From Planktothrix sp. GU0601_MAG3 (GTDB lineage Bacteria; Cyanobacteriota; Cyanobacteriia; Cyanobacteriales; Microcoleaceae), in contig CP136572.1 in assembly GCA_035193785.1 (NCBI GenBank), positions 4,116,578 through 4,180,577 on the forward strand: 64,000 nt of DNA, in the 5' to 3' direction. The notes under the pieces were generated by a model. It ran no database searches and was not told the origin of the DNA. It worked only from the letters and a program-made list of their open reading frames with translations. Shown here in pieces: positions 54,419-64,000 of the stretch (positions are counted from its first letter, which is position 1; each line of letters begins with the position of its first letter). Made by a program: the position numbers and the translations under genes.

Positions 54419-55642
54419 ATGATCATTGACCTATTGTTAATTGGTGCATTGGGATTTCTTGGGAGTTTTGGTCACTGTTTGGGGATGTGCGGCCCCTTAA
54501 CCGTTGCTTTTTCGGTTTCCGATGAATCCCTCTCCCGTGGTAAAATTCCCTGGCAATTTCACCTATTATTAAATTTAGGCAGAATTCTGAGTTATGCCTT
54601 AGTGGGGGCAACTATTGGCGGCTTGGGTTCGGTCTTAATTGCCGGGGGACAAATGGCGGGAATTGGCAGTATTTTTCGCCAAGGTATAGCAATTTTTACT
54701 GGAGTTCTATTAATCATTTTAGGATTAGCTCAAATTAATCCTACCGTTTTTCATCGTTTCCCAATTGTTCATCCTTTATCCCCGAAAAATTTACATAATC
54801 ACCTAAGTAAATGGATGGTGAATGTATCTTTGCAAAATCATTTTTTTACCCCGATTTTATTGGGATTAATTTGGGGTTTAATTCCCTGTGGCTTTCTGTA
54901 CACCGCCCAAATTAAGGCCGCAGAAACGGGGAGTTCAGGGTTAGGAATGCTGACAATGTTAGCCTTTGGCATAGGAACTTTCCCGACGATGTTGGGCGTA
55001 GGATTATTAACGGGAAAATTCACCGCCGACCGTCGGAGTCAACTCTTTAAAATGGGGGGATGGATTACTTTATTAATTGGAATTTTAACCCTATTAAGAA
55101 CCGGAAGTCATGTTGATTATACGGGTTATGGATCTTTAATTAGTTTAATGTTTGCCTTAATTGCCCGTCCCATTAGTCGCCTCTGGTCACAACCTTTAAA
55201 ATATAGACGTTTTTTAGGGGTGGGAGCTTTTGTATTAGCAATTGTGCATACGGTACAAATGTTAGATCATACGTTTCAATGGAATTTAACTGCTTTTGAA
55301 TTTATGATTCCCAAACATCAAGGCGGAATTATCGCTGGCGGGTTAGCATTCCTATTGATGATTCCGGCGGCGATCACCAGTTTTGATCATATTCAAAATT
55401 ATTTAGGAATATTCTGGCGTAGAATTCATTTATTAGCGGTTCCGGCGTTAATTTTGGCTGTGGTTCATGCTCTGTTAATTGGTTCTAATTATTTCGGGAG
55501 ATTTGATATAACATTTTTTGATCAATTAAGAGGTTTTGTTTTTATTATTTTAACTTTAATGGTATTATTAATTAGGTATCTGCCTATTTGGTCAATATTG
55601 GGATTAGAGAAATTTTATGTTGCACCCCTTAAACAAAAATAG
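54419..55642 (+). CDS. DsbD_2/TauE-like membrane protein fused to a ferric-reductase-like TM domain
   Basis: GHCLGMCGP and LIPCGFLY motifs; His-containing TM C-terminus (WRRIHLL). Confidence 0.8.
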   Translation: MIIDLLLIGALGFLGSFGHCLGMCGPLTVAFSVSDESLSRGKIPWQFHLLLNLGRILSYALVGATIGGLGSVLIAGGQMAGIGSIFRQGIAIFTGVLLIILGLAQINPTVFHRFPIVHPLSPKNLHNHLSKWMVNVSLQNHFFTPILLGLIWGLIPCGFLYTAQIKAAETGSSGLGMLTMLAFGIGTFPTMLGVGLLTGKFTADRRSQLFKMGGWITLLIGILTLLRTGSHVDYTGYGSLISLMFALIARPISRLWSQPLKYRRFLGVGAFVLAIVHTVQMLDHTFQWNLTAFEFMIPKHQGGIIAGGLAFLLMIPAAITSFDHIQNYLGIFWRRIHLLAVPALILAVVHALLIGSNYFGRFDITFFDQLRGFVFIILTLMVLLIRYLPIWSILGLEKFYVAPLKQK

Positions 55643-56087
55643 GTCTTTCAAATTATTATTAATTATTGGAACATTCCTCTGTGTTCAACCCCTGCAAAAA
55701 TTCTCCTATTCTCACCGGGCTATGGCCCATGAAGTAAAAGTGTCTGAAGATGTGGCGGTGACATTCCACCTAGAACCGAATCATAATCCCCGGGCGGGAG
55801 AAAAGGCAATAATTTGGTTTGCATTAACTCGTCGCGGTGGCAAAATTATTCCCCTATCTGAATGTAATTGTCAATTGGCAATTTTCCGCGAACCTCGATC
55901 CCCAAATGCCCAACCATTAATGCGGCCCCAATTAAAAGCTATTGCTGCGGAAAAATATCAGGATATTCCCGGAACAGAAGTTATATTTCCCCAAGCTGGA
56001 ATTTATCAATTAGAATTAAAAGGAAGTGCTAAAAACCCCAATAATTTTAAACCATTTAAAACCAATTATTCTGTTACAGTCCGATAA
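55617..56087 (+). CDS. Secreted hypothetical protein, possibly metal-binding
   Basis: Signal peptide ending AMA|HE; FHLEPNH; CNC; FPQAGIYQLEL. Confidence 0.7.
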   Translation: MLHPLNKNRSFKLLLIIGTFLCVQPLQKFSYSHRAMAHEVKVSEDVAVTFHLEPNHNPRAGEKAIIWFALTRRGGKIIPLSECNCQLAIFREPRSPNAQPLMRPQLKAIAAEKYQDIPGTEVIFPQAGIYQLELKGSAKNPNNFKPFKTNYSVTVR

Positions 56088-56158
56088 ATTTCAACAGGAT
56101 TTTCTCACCGGGTAGGGGTGGGTTCGAGTTGACCTTTCCTACTAACTAGGGAATAGGG

Positions 56159-56245
56159 CAGGACTTACGCACAAGACCCAAGACACCGAGTTGTGGATGA
56201 AATCGGTGTTTTTCGTTCAGAAACCTGGTTTCTGCGTAAGTCCTA
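56159..56245. mobile_element. MITE family B, copy 3 (internally shortened, no TSD)
   Basis: CAGGACTTACGCA...TGCGTAAGTCCTA; 87 bp versus 103 bp for the other copies. Confidence 0.8.
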
Positions 56246-56439
56246 AAAGAAATGTGTACAAAATCAGTCCCAGTCTGAATAGACTTCTACGGCAATTCAT
56301 CCCGCCAATTGGTCGGGGGTCTTCTTGCAGAATTCAGAATAGGCGAAACCCGACACCCGAAAAAGTAAGAGATCGTTGCCGCGGTGATCCCCCTTTCAGA
56401 TAAAATGGTATACGCGGCATCCAAAAAGGAAAACAGGAT

Positions 56440-56674
56440 ATGAGTGCTACATTTGACAAAGTAAAAAAAATTGTGAAAGAACAGTTAGACGTTGAGGAAG
56501 AAAAAATTACTCCAACTGCTAACTTCATCGAAGACTTAGGCGCCGATTCTCTGGATACGGTAGAAACTGGTCATGGCTTTGGAAGAAGAATTTGAAGTCG
56601 AAATTCCCGATGAAGATGCTGAAAATATTAAGACCGTTGGAGATGTTGTAAGTTACATTGAAAGCAAAGGCTAA
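56440..56674 (+). CDS. acpP: Acyl carrier protein; apparent frameshift at 56563
   Basis: [12 protein letters not shown]...[20 protein letters not shown]...; absent from the ORF track because of the extra A. Confidence 0.93.
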
Positions 56675-56880
56675 GCTTAATCTTCAATTGGGGTAAAATC
56701 CACAGGACAAGCGGAGGATTAGCCGTTGGTCAGTCCCACAGGTACTTTACTGTATCTGACTGTCTGAACTAGGCAATCCTAACCCATTTTAATTAAACTG
56801 CTGTTATAACGTTAGTTTTGGTTCTCACTGATGTTCTGCATTTTGGGTGATAAGTTTTTGAATCGAATATCATGACTACG

Positions 56881-57045
56881 GTTAGCACCCCCTACTAAAG
56901 TAACGGGGATTCATGCTTCACCTTACCCTAGAAATAGGTGTTAGGAGACAACCAGATCTCTACAGGGGGGTAACCATACCCCTCTACCCCGAAAGGGGAA
57001 ATATAAAGCCTAACTTTTAGTTAGGGGTTTCTACCTATTTTTCCG
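56881..57045 (-). mobile_element. 165-bp non-autonomous IS200/IS605- or IS607-type element (omegaRNA-like) in the fabF start
   Basis: Removal yields ATG ACT ACG ATG AAT TTG AAG CGC; CG at both junctions; five hairpins; minus strand resembles tnpB right ends. Confidence 0.55.
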
Positions 57046-58290
57046 ATGAATTTGAAGCGCGTTGTTGTAACAGGTTTAGGGGCAATTACTCCGCTAGGAA
57101 ATACCAAGGCTGAATATTGGGACGGGTTAATTAACGGACGCAATGGAATTGGCCCAATCACCCGATTTGATGCGTCAAAACACGATTGTCGCATTGCGGG
57201 GGAAGTCAAAAAATTTGACCCCTGTGATTACATCTCACGCAAGGAAGCCAAGCGGATGGATCGCTTCGCTCAATTTGCGGTGGCTGCGAGTCAGCAAGCT
57301 GTTTCTGATGCCGGATTCGTGATTAATGACTTAAATGCAGAACAGGTGGGTGTCATTATTGGTACGGGTATTGGCGGACTGAAGGTGCTCGAAGATCAAC
57401 AAGAGATCTATTTAACCCGTGGCCCAGATCGCTGTAGTCCGTTTATGATCCCGATGATGATTGCCAATATGGCGGCCGGACTCACGGCGATTCATACCGG
57501 GGCAAAAGGGCCAAACTCCTGTTCGGTAACGGCTTGTGCAGCCGGGTCAAATTCCGTGGGCGATGCCTTTCGTTTAATTCAACGGGGCTATGCTCAAGCG
57601 ATGATTTGTGGCGGTACGGAGGCGGCGGTTACACCTCTATCGGTGGCGGGATTTGCCGCAGCCCGGGCGCTCTCGACTCGCAATGACGAACCCCTGAAGG
57701 CCTGTCGTCCCTTTGATCGGGATCGAGATGGGTTTGTCATGGGAGAGGGTGCGGGAATTCTGCTTTTAGAAGAACTAGAGGGCGCTTTAAGTCGGGGCGC
57801 CCGGATTTATGCGGAAATGGTGGGTTATGGGATGACCTGTGATGCCTACCACATGACCTCCCCTGTTCCTGGGGGAGAAGGGGCGAGTAGGGCGATTTCC
57901 TTGGCGATGAAGGATGCCGGAATTACCCCGGAACAAATTAGTTATATTAATGCTCACGGAACTAGCACCGCGGCTAACGACACTACGGAAACCGCAGCGA
58001 TTAAACGGGTATTGGGCGAGAGTGCTTACAAGATAACAGTAAGTTCGACTAAATCAATGACTGGTCACTTGTTAGGGGGATCGGGAGGAATTGAGGCGGT
58101 AGCAACGGCGATGGTTATTGCTGAGGATCGGGTTCCTCCTACGATTAATTTAGATCATCCTGATCCTGATTGTGATTTGGATTATGTTCCCCACCACAGT
58201 CGCGCCCAAGTTGTGAATGTGGCTTTATCCAATTCCTTTGGATTTGGCGGCCATAATGTCACCTTAGCATTTAAAAAGTTTCAACATTGA
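57046..58290 (+). CDS. fabF: 3-oxoacyl-ACP synthase II
   Basis: [23 protein letters not shown] and [10 protein letters not shown] motifs. Confidence 0.97.
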   Translation: MNLKRVVVTGLGAITPLGNTKAEYWDGLINGRNGIGPITRFDASKHDCRIAGEVKKFDPCDYISRKEAKRMDRFAQFAVAASQQAVSDAGFVINDLNAEQVGVIIGTGIGGLKVLEDQQEIYLTRGPDRCSPFMIPMMIANMAAGLTAIHTGAKGPNSCSVTACAAGSNSVGDAFRLIQRGYAQAMICGGTEAAVTPLSVAGFAAARALSTRNDEPLKACRPFDRDRDGFVMGEGAGILLLEELEGALSRGARIYAEMVGYGMTCDAYHMTSPVPGGEGASRAISLAMKDAGITPEQISYINAHGTSTAANDTTETAAIKRVLGESAYKITVSSTKSMTGHLLGGSGGIEAVATAMVIAEDRVPPTINLDHPDPDCDLDYVPHHSRAQVVNVALSNSFGFGGHNVTLAFKKFQH

Positions 58291-58326
58291 TCGGCAATCT
58301 ATACCAAGGTTGCCACATTTTATTCT

Positions 58327-58390
58327 GGGGGTTTGGTCTTGTCACCTGATTTGCGGTTGGGTTGGAAGACCAAACCCTTAAATTTTTTTT
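58327..58390 (+). terminator. Probable terminator hairpin after fabF
   Basis: GGGTTTGGTCTT...AAGACCAAACCC followed by a T run. Confidence 0.5.
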
Positions 58391-58466
58391 ACACAAATCC
58401 TAGTAGTATGGAAAATAAAGAAATTTCAATAATTGCTATTTTTGTAGTTAGCTTAGAGAGGTATCC

Positions 58467-59643
58467 TTGAGTCAATCACTAGACGCCATTGCTCCGCACG
58501 GTGGACATCTAATTAATCGTATTGCAACTCCTGACCAACGACAGGAATTTTTGGACAAAGCAGCACATTTACCGATAGTTCAGTTGGATGAGCGATCGCT
58601 TTCTGATTTGGAGTTAATCGCCATTGGTGGTTTTAGTCCCCTCACTGGGTTTATGGGACAGGCGGACTATAAAACCGTTGTTGACCAAATGCACCTGAGT
58701 AGTGGTTTACCTTGGTCAATTCCGATCACTTTGTCTGTATCTGAGGAGGTCGCCTCGAACCTGAAAGTCGGGGGGTTGGTGCGTTTAGATTCCCCCGGCG
58801 GTGAGTTTGTTGGGGTTTTGGAAACTGACCGAAAAATATTCCTACGATAAGGAAACCGAAGCCCTCAAGGTTTATCGCACCACGGACGAAAAACATCCTG
58901 GGGTCAAGGTCGTTTACGATCAGGGGGGAGTTAATCTCGCTGGCCCAGTATGGTTATTAGAACGTCAGTCCCATCCCTACTTCCCAAAATATCAAATTGA
59001 CCCGGCTGAGTCTCGGGCGCTATTTAGAGAAAAAGGCTGGAAAACTATTGTCGGATTTCAAACCCGAAATCCCATCCATCGCGCCCATGAATATATTCAA
59101 AAATGCGCTTTAGAAACCGTTGATGGCTTGTTTTTGCATCCTTTGGTTGGGGCGACAAAATCCGATGATATTCCGGCGGATGTGCGGATGCGCTGCTATG
59201 AAATTTTGATTGATCATTACTATCCTAAACAACGGGTGATTTTAGCGATTAATCCCGCCGCCATGCGTTATGCTGGCCCCAGAGAAGCGATTTTTCATGC
59301 GCTGGTGCGGAAAAATTATGGCTGTACTCATTTTATCGTGGGTCGTGATCATGCCGGGGTCGGTGATTATTATGGCACTTACGATGCCCAATATATTTTC
59401 GATGAGTTTGAACCCGGGGAATTAGGTATTACTCCGATGATGTTTGAACACGCTTTTTACTGTAAGGTAACGGAAGGAATGGCCACCAGTAAAACCAGTC
59501 CCAGTTCACCAGAACAGCGAGTTCATTTATCAGGAACTAAGGTAAGAGAATTACTCCGTCGGGGAGAACTTCCCCCCCCGGAATTTTCCCGCCCAGAAGT
59601 TGCTAATGAATTGATTAAAGCCATGAAAACGAATAATCAGTAA
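58467..59643 (+). CDS. sat: Sulfate adenylyltransferase; apparent frameshift at 58821
   Basis: [23 protein letters not shown] and GRDHAG motifs. Confidence 0.95.
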
Positions 59644-59800
59644 TCAGTTATCGGTAATCAGTTATCAGTGTCAGAGTTAATATTATAGTTAATAGTTTAT
59701 TAGCTGTTTTTTAATTCTAACCTGATCACTGATAACGGTTATAGACGAGCCGTGGCAAGTCTAACCACTGATAATTGATAACTGATAACTGATAACTGAT
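59634..59800. repeat. ACTGATA-type heptamer tracts in inverted arrangement
   Basis: (TAATCAG/TTATCAG)n after the sat stop and (ACTGATA)n before the caspase start. Confidence 0.7.
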
Positions 59801-59808
59801 TTTTGGTA

Positions 59809-62095
59809 ATGGGACTACAAAGACGGGAATTTTTACAACGGGCTGGCTTACTGTTGGCGGCACTGGGGATTAATGAAAGACTGTATTATCGTTCTTCTCA
59901 AGCCGCTTCACAGCCAACCCGACGGAAGTTAGCCCTATTAGTTGGAATTAATCAATATCCAACGGTAAATCGCATTCAAGAACCGTTGCAAGGCTGTTTG
60001 ACGGATGTGGAATTACAACGGAATTTGTTAATTTATAAATTTGGTTTTCAAGCCGATGATATTGTCACGTTAACAAATGAAGCAGCCACCAGAAATCAAA
60101 TTGAATCAGTATTTATTTCCCATTTAATTGAACAGGCTAAAACCGGGGATTTAGTGCTGTTTCATTTTAGTGGTTATGGTAGTTGTATTCCCGGTTATAA
60201 TTCGGTTAATAATCAATCTCAAATTAAATATTCTTACCTTCCTGTTGATATGGCTTTATCAGAACAGGAAGCTATTAATGATATTTTAGAAGATACCCTG
60301 TGGTTGTTATTGCGATCGCTAAAAACTTCTAATATAATTAATATTTTAGATACAAGTTTTATTTATCCAGGATATCATCAACAAGGGACTCTAAAAATTC
60401 GTGCTGTTTCCCAGTCCCACGACTATTGAAATTAATCCCGCAGAATTGGATTTACAAAATCAACTATTATCTAGTTTAGGTATTTCTCGTCAAGAATTAG
60501 AACAACGAAAACCGGGTTTACCAGGAATAGTTTTATCCGCATCCAAACCATCCCAAATCGCTACAGAAGGTCGATGGGATGGCTTTAATGCAGGATTATT
60601 CACTTATATCTTAACCCAGACCCTCTGGGGGGCAAGTTCACCCCGGAATTTATCCGCTCAAATCCGTCGAGTTGCGGGAGAAGTAGAACAAATTGTGGGA
60701 TCATGTCAACAACCCCAAATGCGACGCACATTAACCGGGTCTAATCCTAAAACTGAATCAGAATTTTCTTTAGGGAATTTATTAGTTAATTATCCTCCGG
60801 TTGATGGTGTAATTACCGGAGTTGAAGATAACGGCAAAATAGCAAAAATTTTATTAACTGGTCTGCCAGCTTTTGTGTTAGATTCCTATGGTTTAAATAG
60901 TGTATTAACGATTATAACAGAATCCGATTCTTTAGATAATCCTATCTATTTACAACTGCGTTCTCGCACCGGATTAAATGCCAAAGCCCAAATAAAAAAC
61001 AATGATTTAACGTCATTTTTTGGGCTAGAAATCGGACAAAAAGTGCAAGAATCAATTCGGATTTTACCTCGAAAAATTGATTTAAAAATTGCCTTAGATC
61101 CGAAATTATCTCGAATTGAACGGGTTGATGCAACCAGCGCGTTTTCCGATTCTCCTCGGATGACAATTGTAGCAAGTGATCAACCTGCGGATTATGTCCT
61201 TAGTCGCGTTACCGATACCACTATTGCCCAAGCATTGAACCCACCCTTATCACCTTTATTTCAAGGCAGATATGGGTTATTTTCTAAGGGTTTAGTCTTA
61301 CTTCCCGATACCGTTGGCGAAGGGGGAGAGGCGGTAAAAGTGGCGGTAAATCGGTTAATTCCTCAACTGAAAACCCGGTTAGCAATTAAGTTATTAAGAT
61401 CAACAGAAAATGAACGTTCCTCAGCTTTAAAAGTGAGCGCGTCTTTAAATTTATTAGCCCCCCAATCTCAAGTTTTAATTAAACAAAAAACCACAGGAAT
61501 TGTTAATACTATAAATCGAGAGGATGCTAATAATATTAATTCTCAGTCGAGTTCAAATCAACCCATAATTACCGCTTCAGAAAATATCGGCGTTGTCACC
61601 GTAAATCTGGGAAGTCGTTTACAATATCAACTCCAAAATCAAGGAGAATTTCCGGTTTATTTCCTAGTATTTTCTATGAATAGTGAAGGAGCAACCTATA
61701 TTTTTAATTCGGGTTTTGACCCCCAGCAACAACAAATTGCACCCGGCAAATCCTTGAGTTTACCAACTGCTAACATTTATAGTGGAAATCCTTCCACAGA
61801 AATGATAGGAGAAATGGTCAAAGGGTCAGCCGGATTAGTAGAAACTCACGTTATTTTAAGTCATAATCCCTTCTTAGAAACACTAGAAATTTCAGATAGA
61901 AATGTTAATAAAAGTGAAGGCATTTTAAAATTTAATCGCGTTTCTAATCCTTTGAATATTGCGGATGCAATTTTACAAGATTTGAATAGAGGTAGTCAAC
62001 CAACCTCAGAAAAAATGGGAATTATCACCGATGATTTAGCCCTGGATATTAATAGTTGGGCGACGTTTAATTTTGTTTATCGGGTTGTAGGATAG
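59809..62095 (+). CDS. Caspase-family (orthocaspase) protein with substituted catalytic dyad; apparent frameshift at 60406
   Basis: RREFLQ Tat-like signal; KLALLVGINQY and LQGCLTDV motifs; FSGYGS (His to Tyr) and LDTS (Cys absent). Confidence 0.85.
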
Positions 62096-62292
62096 ACCCG
62101 TCACCTTGACGAATTGCTTGTCTATAAGCCAGTATCTCCTCAGATACAGGTTCATCTTTGAAAGACCCTGTAATTTGTTGTGGCTAATTGGTCAAAAGTT
62201 TCTTCTAATTAATAAGCTCAATTTATAGCAATAGGCAAAAGGCAATAGGGATTATGGAATCCCTTGCAAAATTAAACAGGAATAGTTGGGGA

Positions 62293-63556
62293 CTAATAAA
62301 CCTGTTCAACTACCTTTGCCAAGCGTTTCATCCCTTCTGTAATCTCCTCATCCGTAGCAGTTAAACTAATCCGAATACATTGGTTTTTATGACTCCATTC
62401 TCCCTGTAAACCCGGAAAAAATGAATTTCCTGGAACCACAATTACCCCCACTTCTTTTAACTGTTGATATAATTCCCAGTCGGTTATTGGTAAATCTTTA
62501 AACCACATCCAGGCAAAAATTGCTCCTTCACCCCGATGTAAAAACCAGGGTAAATTTTTAGGCATGGCTTGATTTAATGCGGTTTCCACTACGGTAAATT
62601 TCTGTTGATAATAGGGACGAATTACCTCAGTCGCAATTTCTGATAATGCTCCAGAACCGATGGCACGGGCGGCAATTGCCTGTCCATAACGGGGAGAATG
62701 AATACACATATTAGTTTGGAATGCTTCTAATACTTGAATTGTGCTTTCATTGCCAATAGCAACCCCTAATCGTTCCCCGGGTAAACCCGCTTTTGATAAA
62801 CTAATACAGTGAATAATATTATCGCCAAAAACTGGTTTCATTTCGGTAAAATTCAAGGCAGGAAATGGGGGAGCATAGGCAGAATCAATGAATACAGGCA
62901 CGTTAAAATTAGTGGCTAAATCGGTAATTTTTTTAACTTCTTCTTCTGTTAAAACGTTACCACTGGGGTTACAGGGACGGGAGAAAATAACACATCCGGT
63001 GGTTTCATCAATGATTAATTGACTAAAATCAGGACGATATTTAAAATAATGATTGACTTCATCAATATCTAAAGTAGGTTGATAAGCAAAAACTGCTTCA
63101 GGAATTAAACTCACACCTCCATATCCGGTATAATCAGGACTTAATGGGAGAACAATTTTTTTCAGTTTGCCCTCGGTGGTATACCCGCCAAAGGCATTGG
63201 TAGCATAGAAATAAATTGATTGACTGCCGGGTGTAATTAATACATTTCGGTCGGTTAAATTTAATCCGTAACGGGAATTAAAATCCTCAACAATGACATC
63301 AATAAAAGGTTTATATCCCTGACTAGAAACCATACCGACAAACAACTTCCCCATATTCAGGACTTGATAGTAATTGTTCGGTACAATCTCGCCACAATTG
63401 TTCAACTTCAGGCAAAATTACCGGATTTCCTGCACTTAAATTAATAAAATCCTTGCCTTTTCCTAATCTTAAAGTTTCAATAATATCTTTCATAATAGCA
63501 CGAACTCCCGTTAAATGAGACATCCGTTCGCCAAATTGTGTCAAAGCAGGATTCAT
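62293..63556 (-). CDS. avtA: Valine--pyruvate aminotransferase; apparent frameshift at 63326
   Basis: LTGVRAIMKDI, SAGNP, SRPCNPSG and SLSKAGLPGER motifs. Confidence 0.9.
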
Positions 63557-63758
63557 AGTTTTATAACCCAATTAATTAACATTATCCCCCTATAATTAGG
63601 AGGTAGTAGGTAGGAGCTAGAATCATAACCAGAAATCCGATACCCACAACCAGGAGTGATGGAATCTGATATCTGTTCATCATCATTTGATCAATCTTAA
63701 CCTTAGAATTGAACATATAGGACAGTTTTCAACCAAAATATTAGGATTTTTTGTGTTT

Positions 63759-64000
63759 ATGGTAATTTGGCAAGCTGATTTTTATTCTCGTCCCCTCAAG
63801 GATGCAAGCGGACAACCTCTGTGGGAGTTGTTAGTCTGTGACCAGACTCGCAAGGTTGAGTTTATGGCGATGTGTCCTCAGTCGCAAGCAAATTCAACTT
63901 GGTTAATCGAACAGTTAAAACAAGTAATTGTTACTGAAAAACCCGATAAAATTAAGGTGTTTCGTCCGCAGTCTTTAAGTTTATTAGAAACGGCGGGAAA
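63759..64000 (+). CDS. Tab2/Atab2-family RNA-binding protein (partial, runs off the window)
   Basis: MVIWQADFYSRPLKDASGQPLWELLVCD...CPQSQANSTWL...FRPQSL. Confidence 0.85.
   Translation, partial: MVIWQADFYSRPLKDASGQPLWELLVCDQTRKVEFMAMCPQSQANSTWLIEQLKQVIVTEKPDKIKVFRPQSLSLLETAG

Noticed and set aside
175..63571. Mass pseudogenisation or programmed ribosomal frameshifting
   Set aside because: Essential genes are hit, there are no accompanying nonsense mutations, and all breaks share one DNA motif regardless of coding strand; best explained as a systematic sequencing artefact
1..64000. Frequent GCGATCGC octamer
   Set aside because: HIP1, a well-known cyanobacterial feature; useful for taxonomy but not novel, and not associated with the frameshift sites

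Overview
A 64 kb AT-rich stretch of cyanobacterial chromosome. HIP1 GCGATCGC octamers are abundant, petB/petD and ctpA are present, and heptamer STRR tracts are common. Gene content and repeat style suggest a filamentous Oscillatoriales genome such as Planktothrix (inference only). Most genes are housekeeping or signalling: ntcB(3' end)-cnaT-mobA, galE, petBD, ctpA, mscS, an MHYT hybrid kinase with an adenylate cyclase, lgt, cobM, pyk, a PEP-CTERM membrane protein, four RRM RNA-binding proteins, a ManC/PMM fusion, acpP-fabF-sat, a pseudo-orthocaspase, avtA and a Tab2-family gene. The strongest signal is that about 24 genes, including essential ones, carry 29 apparent frameshifts. Every one I could reconstruct is repaired by removing extra A/T from GAAAC/GTTTC to give GAAC/GTTC. 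This motif-specific error points to a DNA modification at GAAC/GTTC, the classic Dnd phosphorothioate motif, disturbing base-calling rather than real pseudogenisation. Other points of note: a REPIN-flanked 1.3 kb island holding a PIN toxin-antitoxin pair inside a decayed NACHT gene; a 165-bp TnpB-omegaRNA-like mini element in the fabF start; several MITE/REP families, including nested copies; and tandem rbp genes whose 5' leaders are far more conserved than their coding sequences. No CRISPR array, rRNA or tRNA was recognised.
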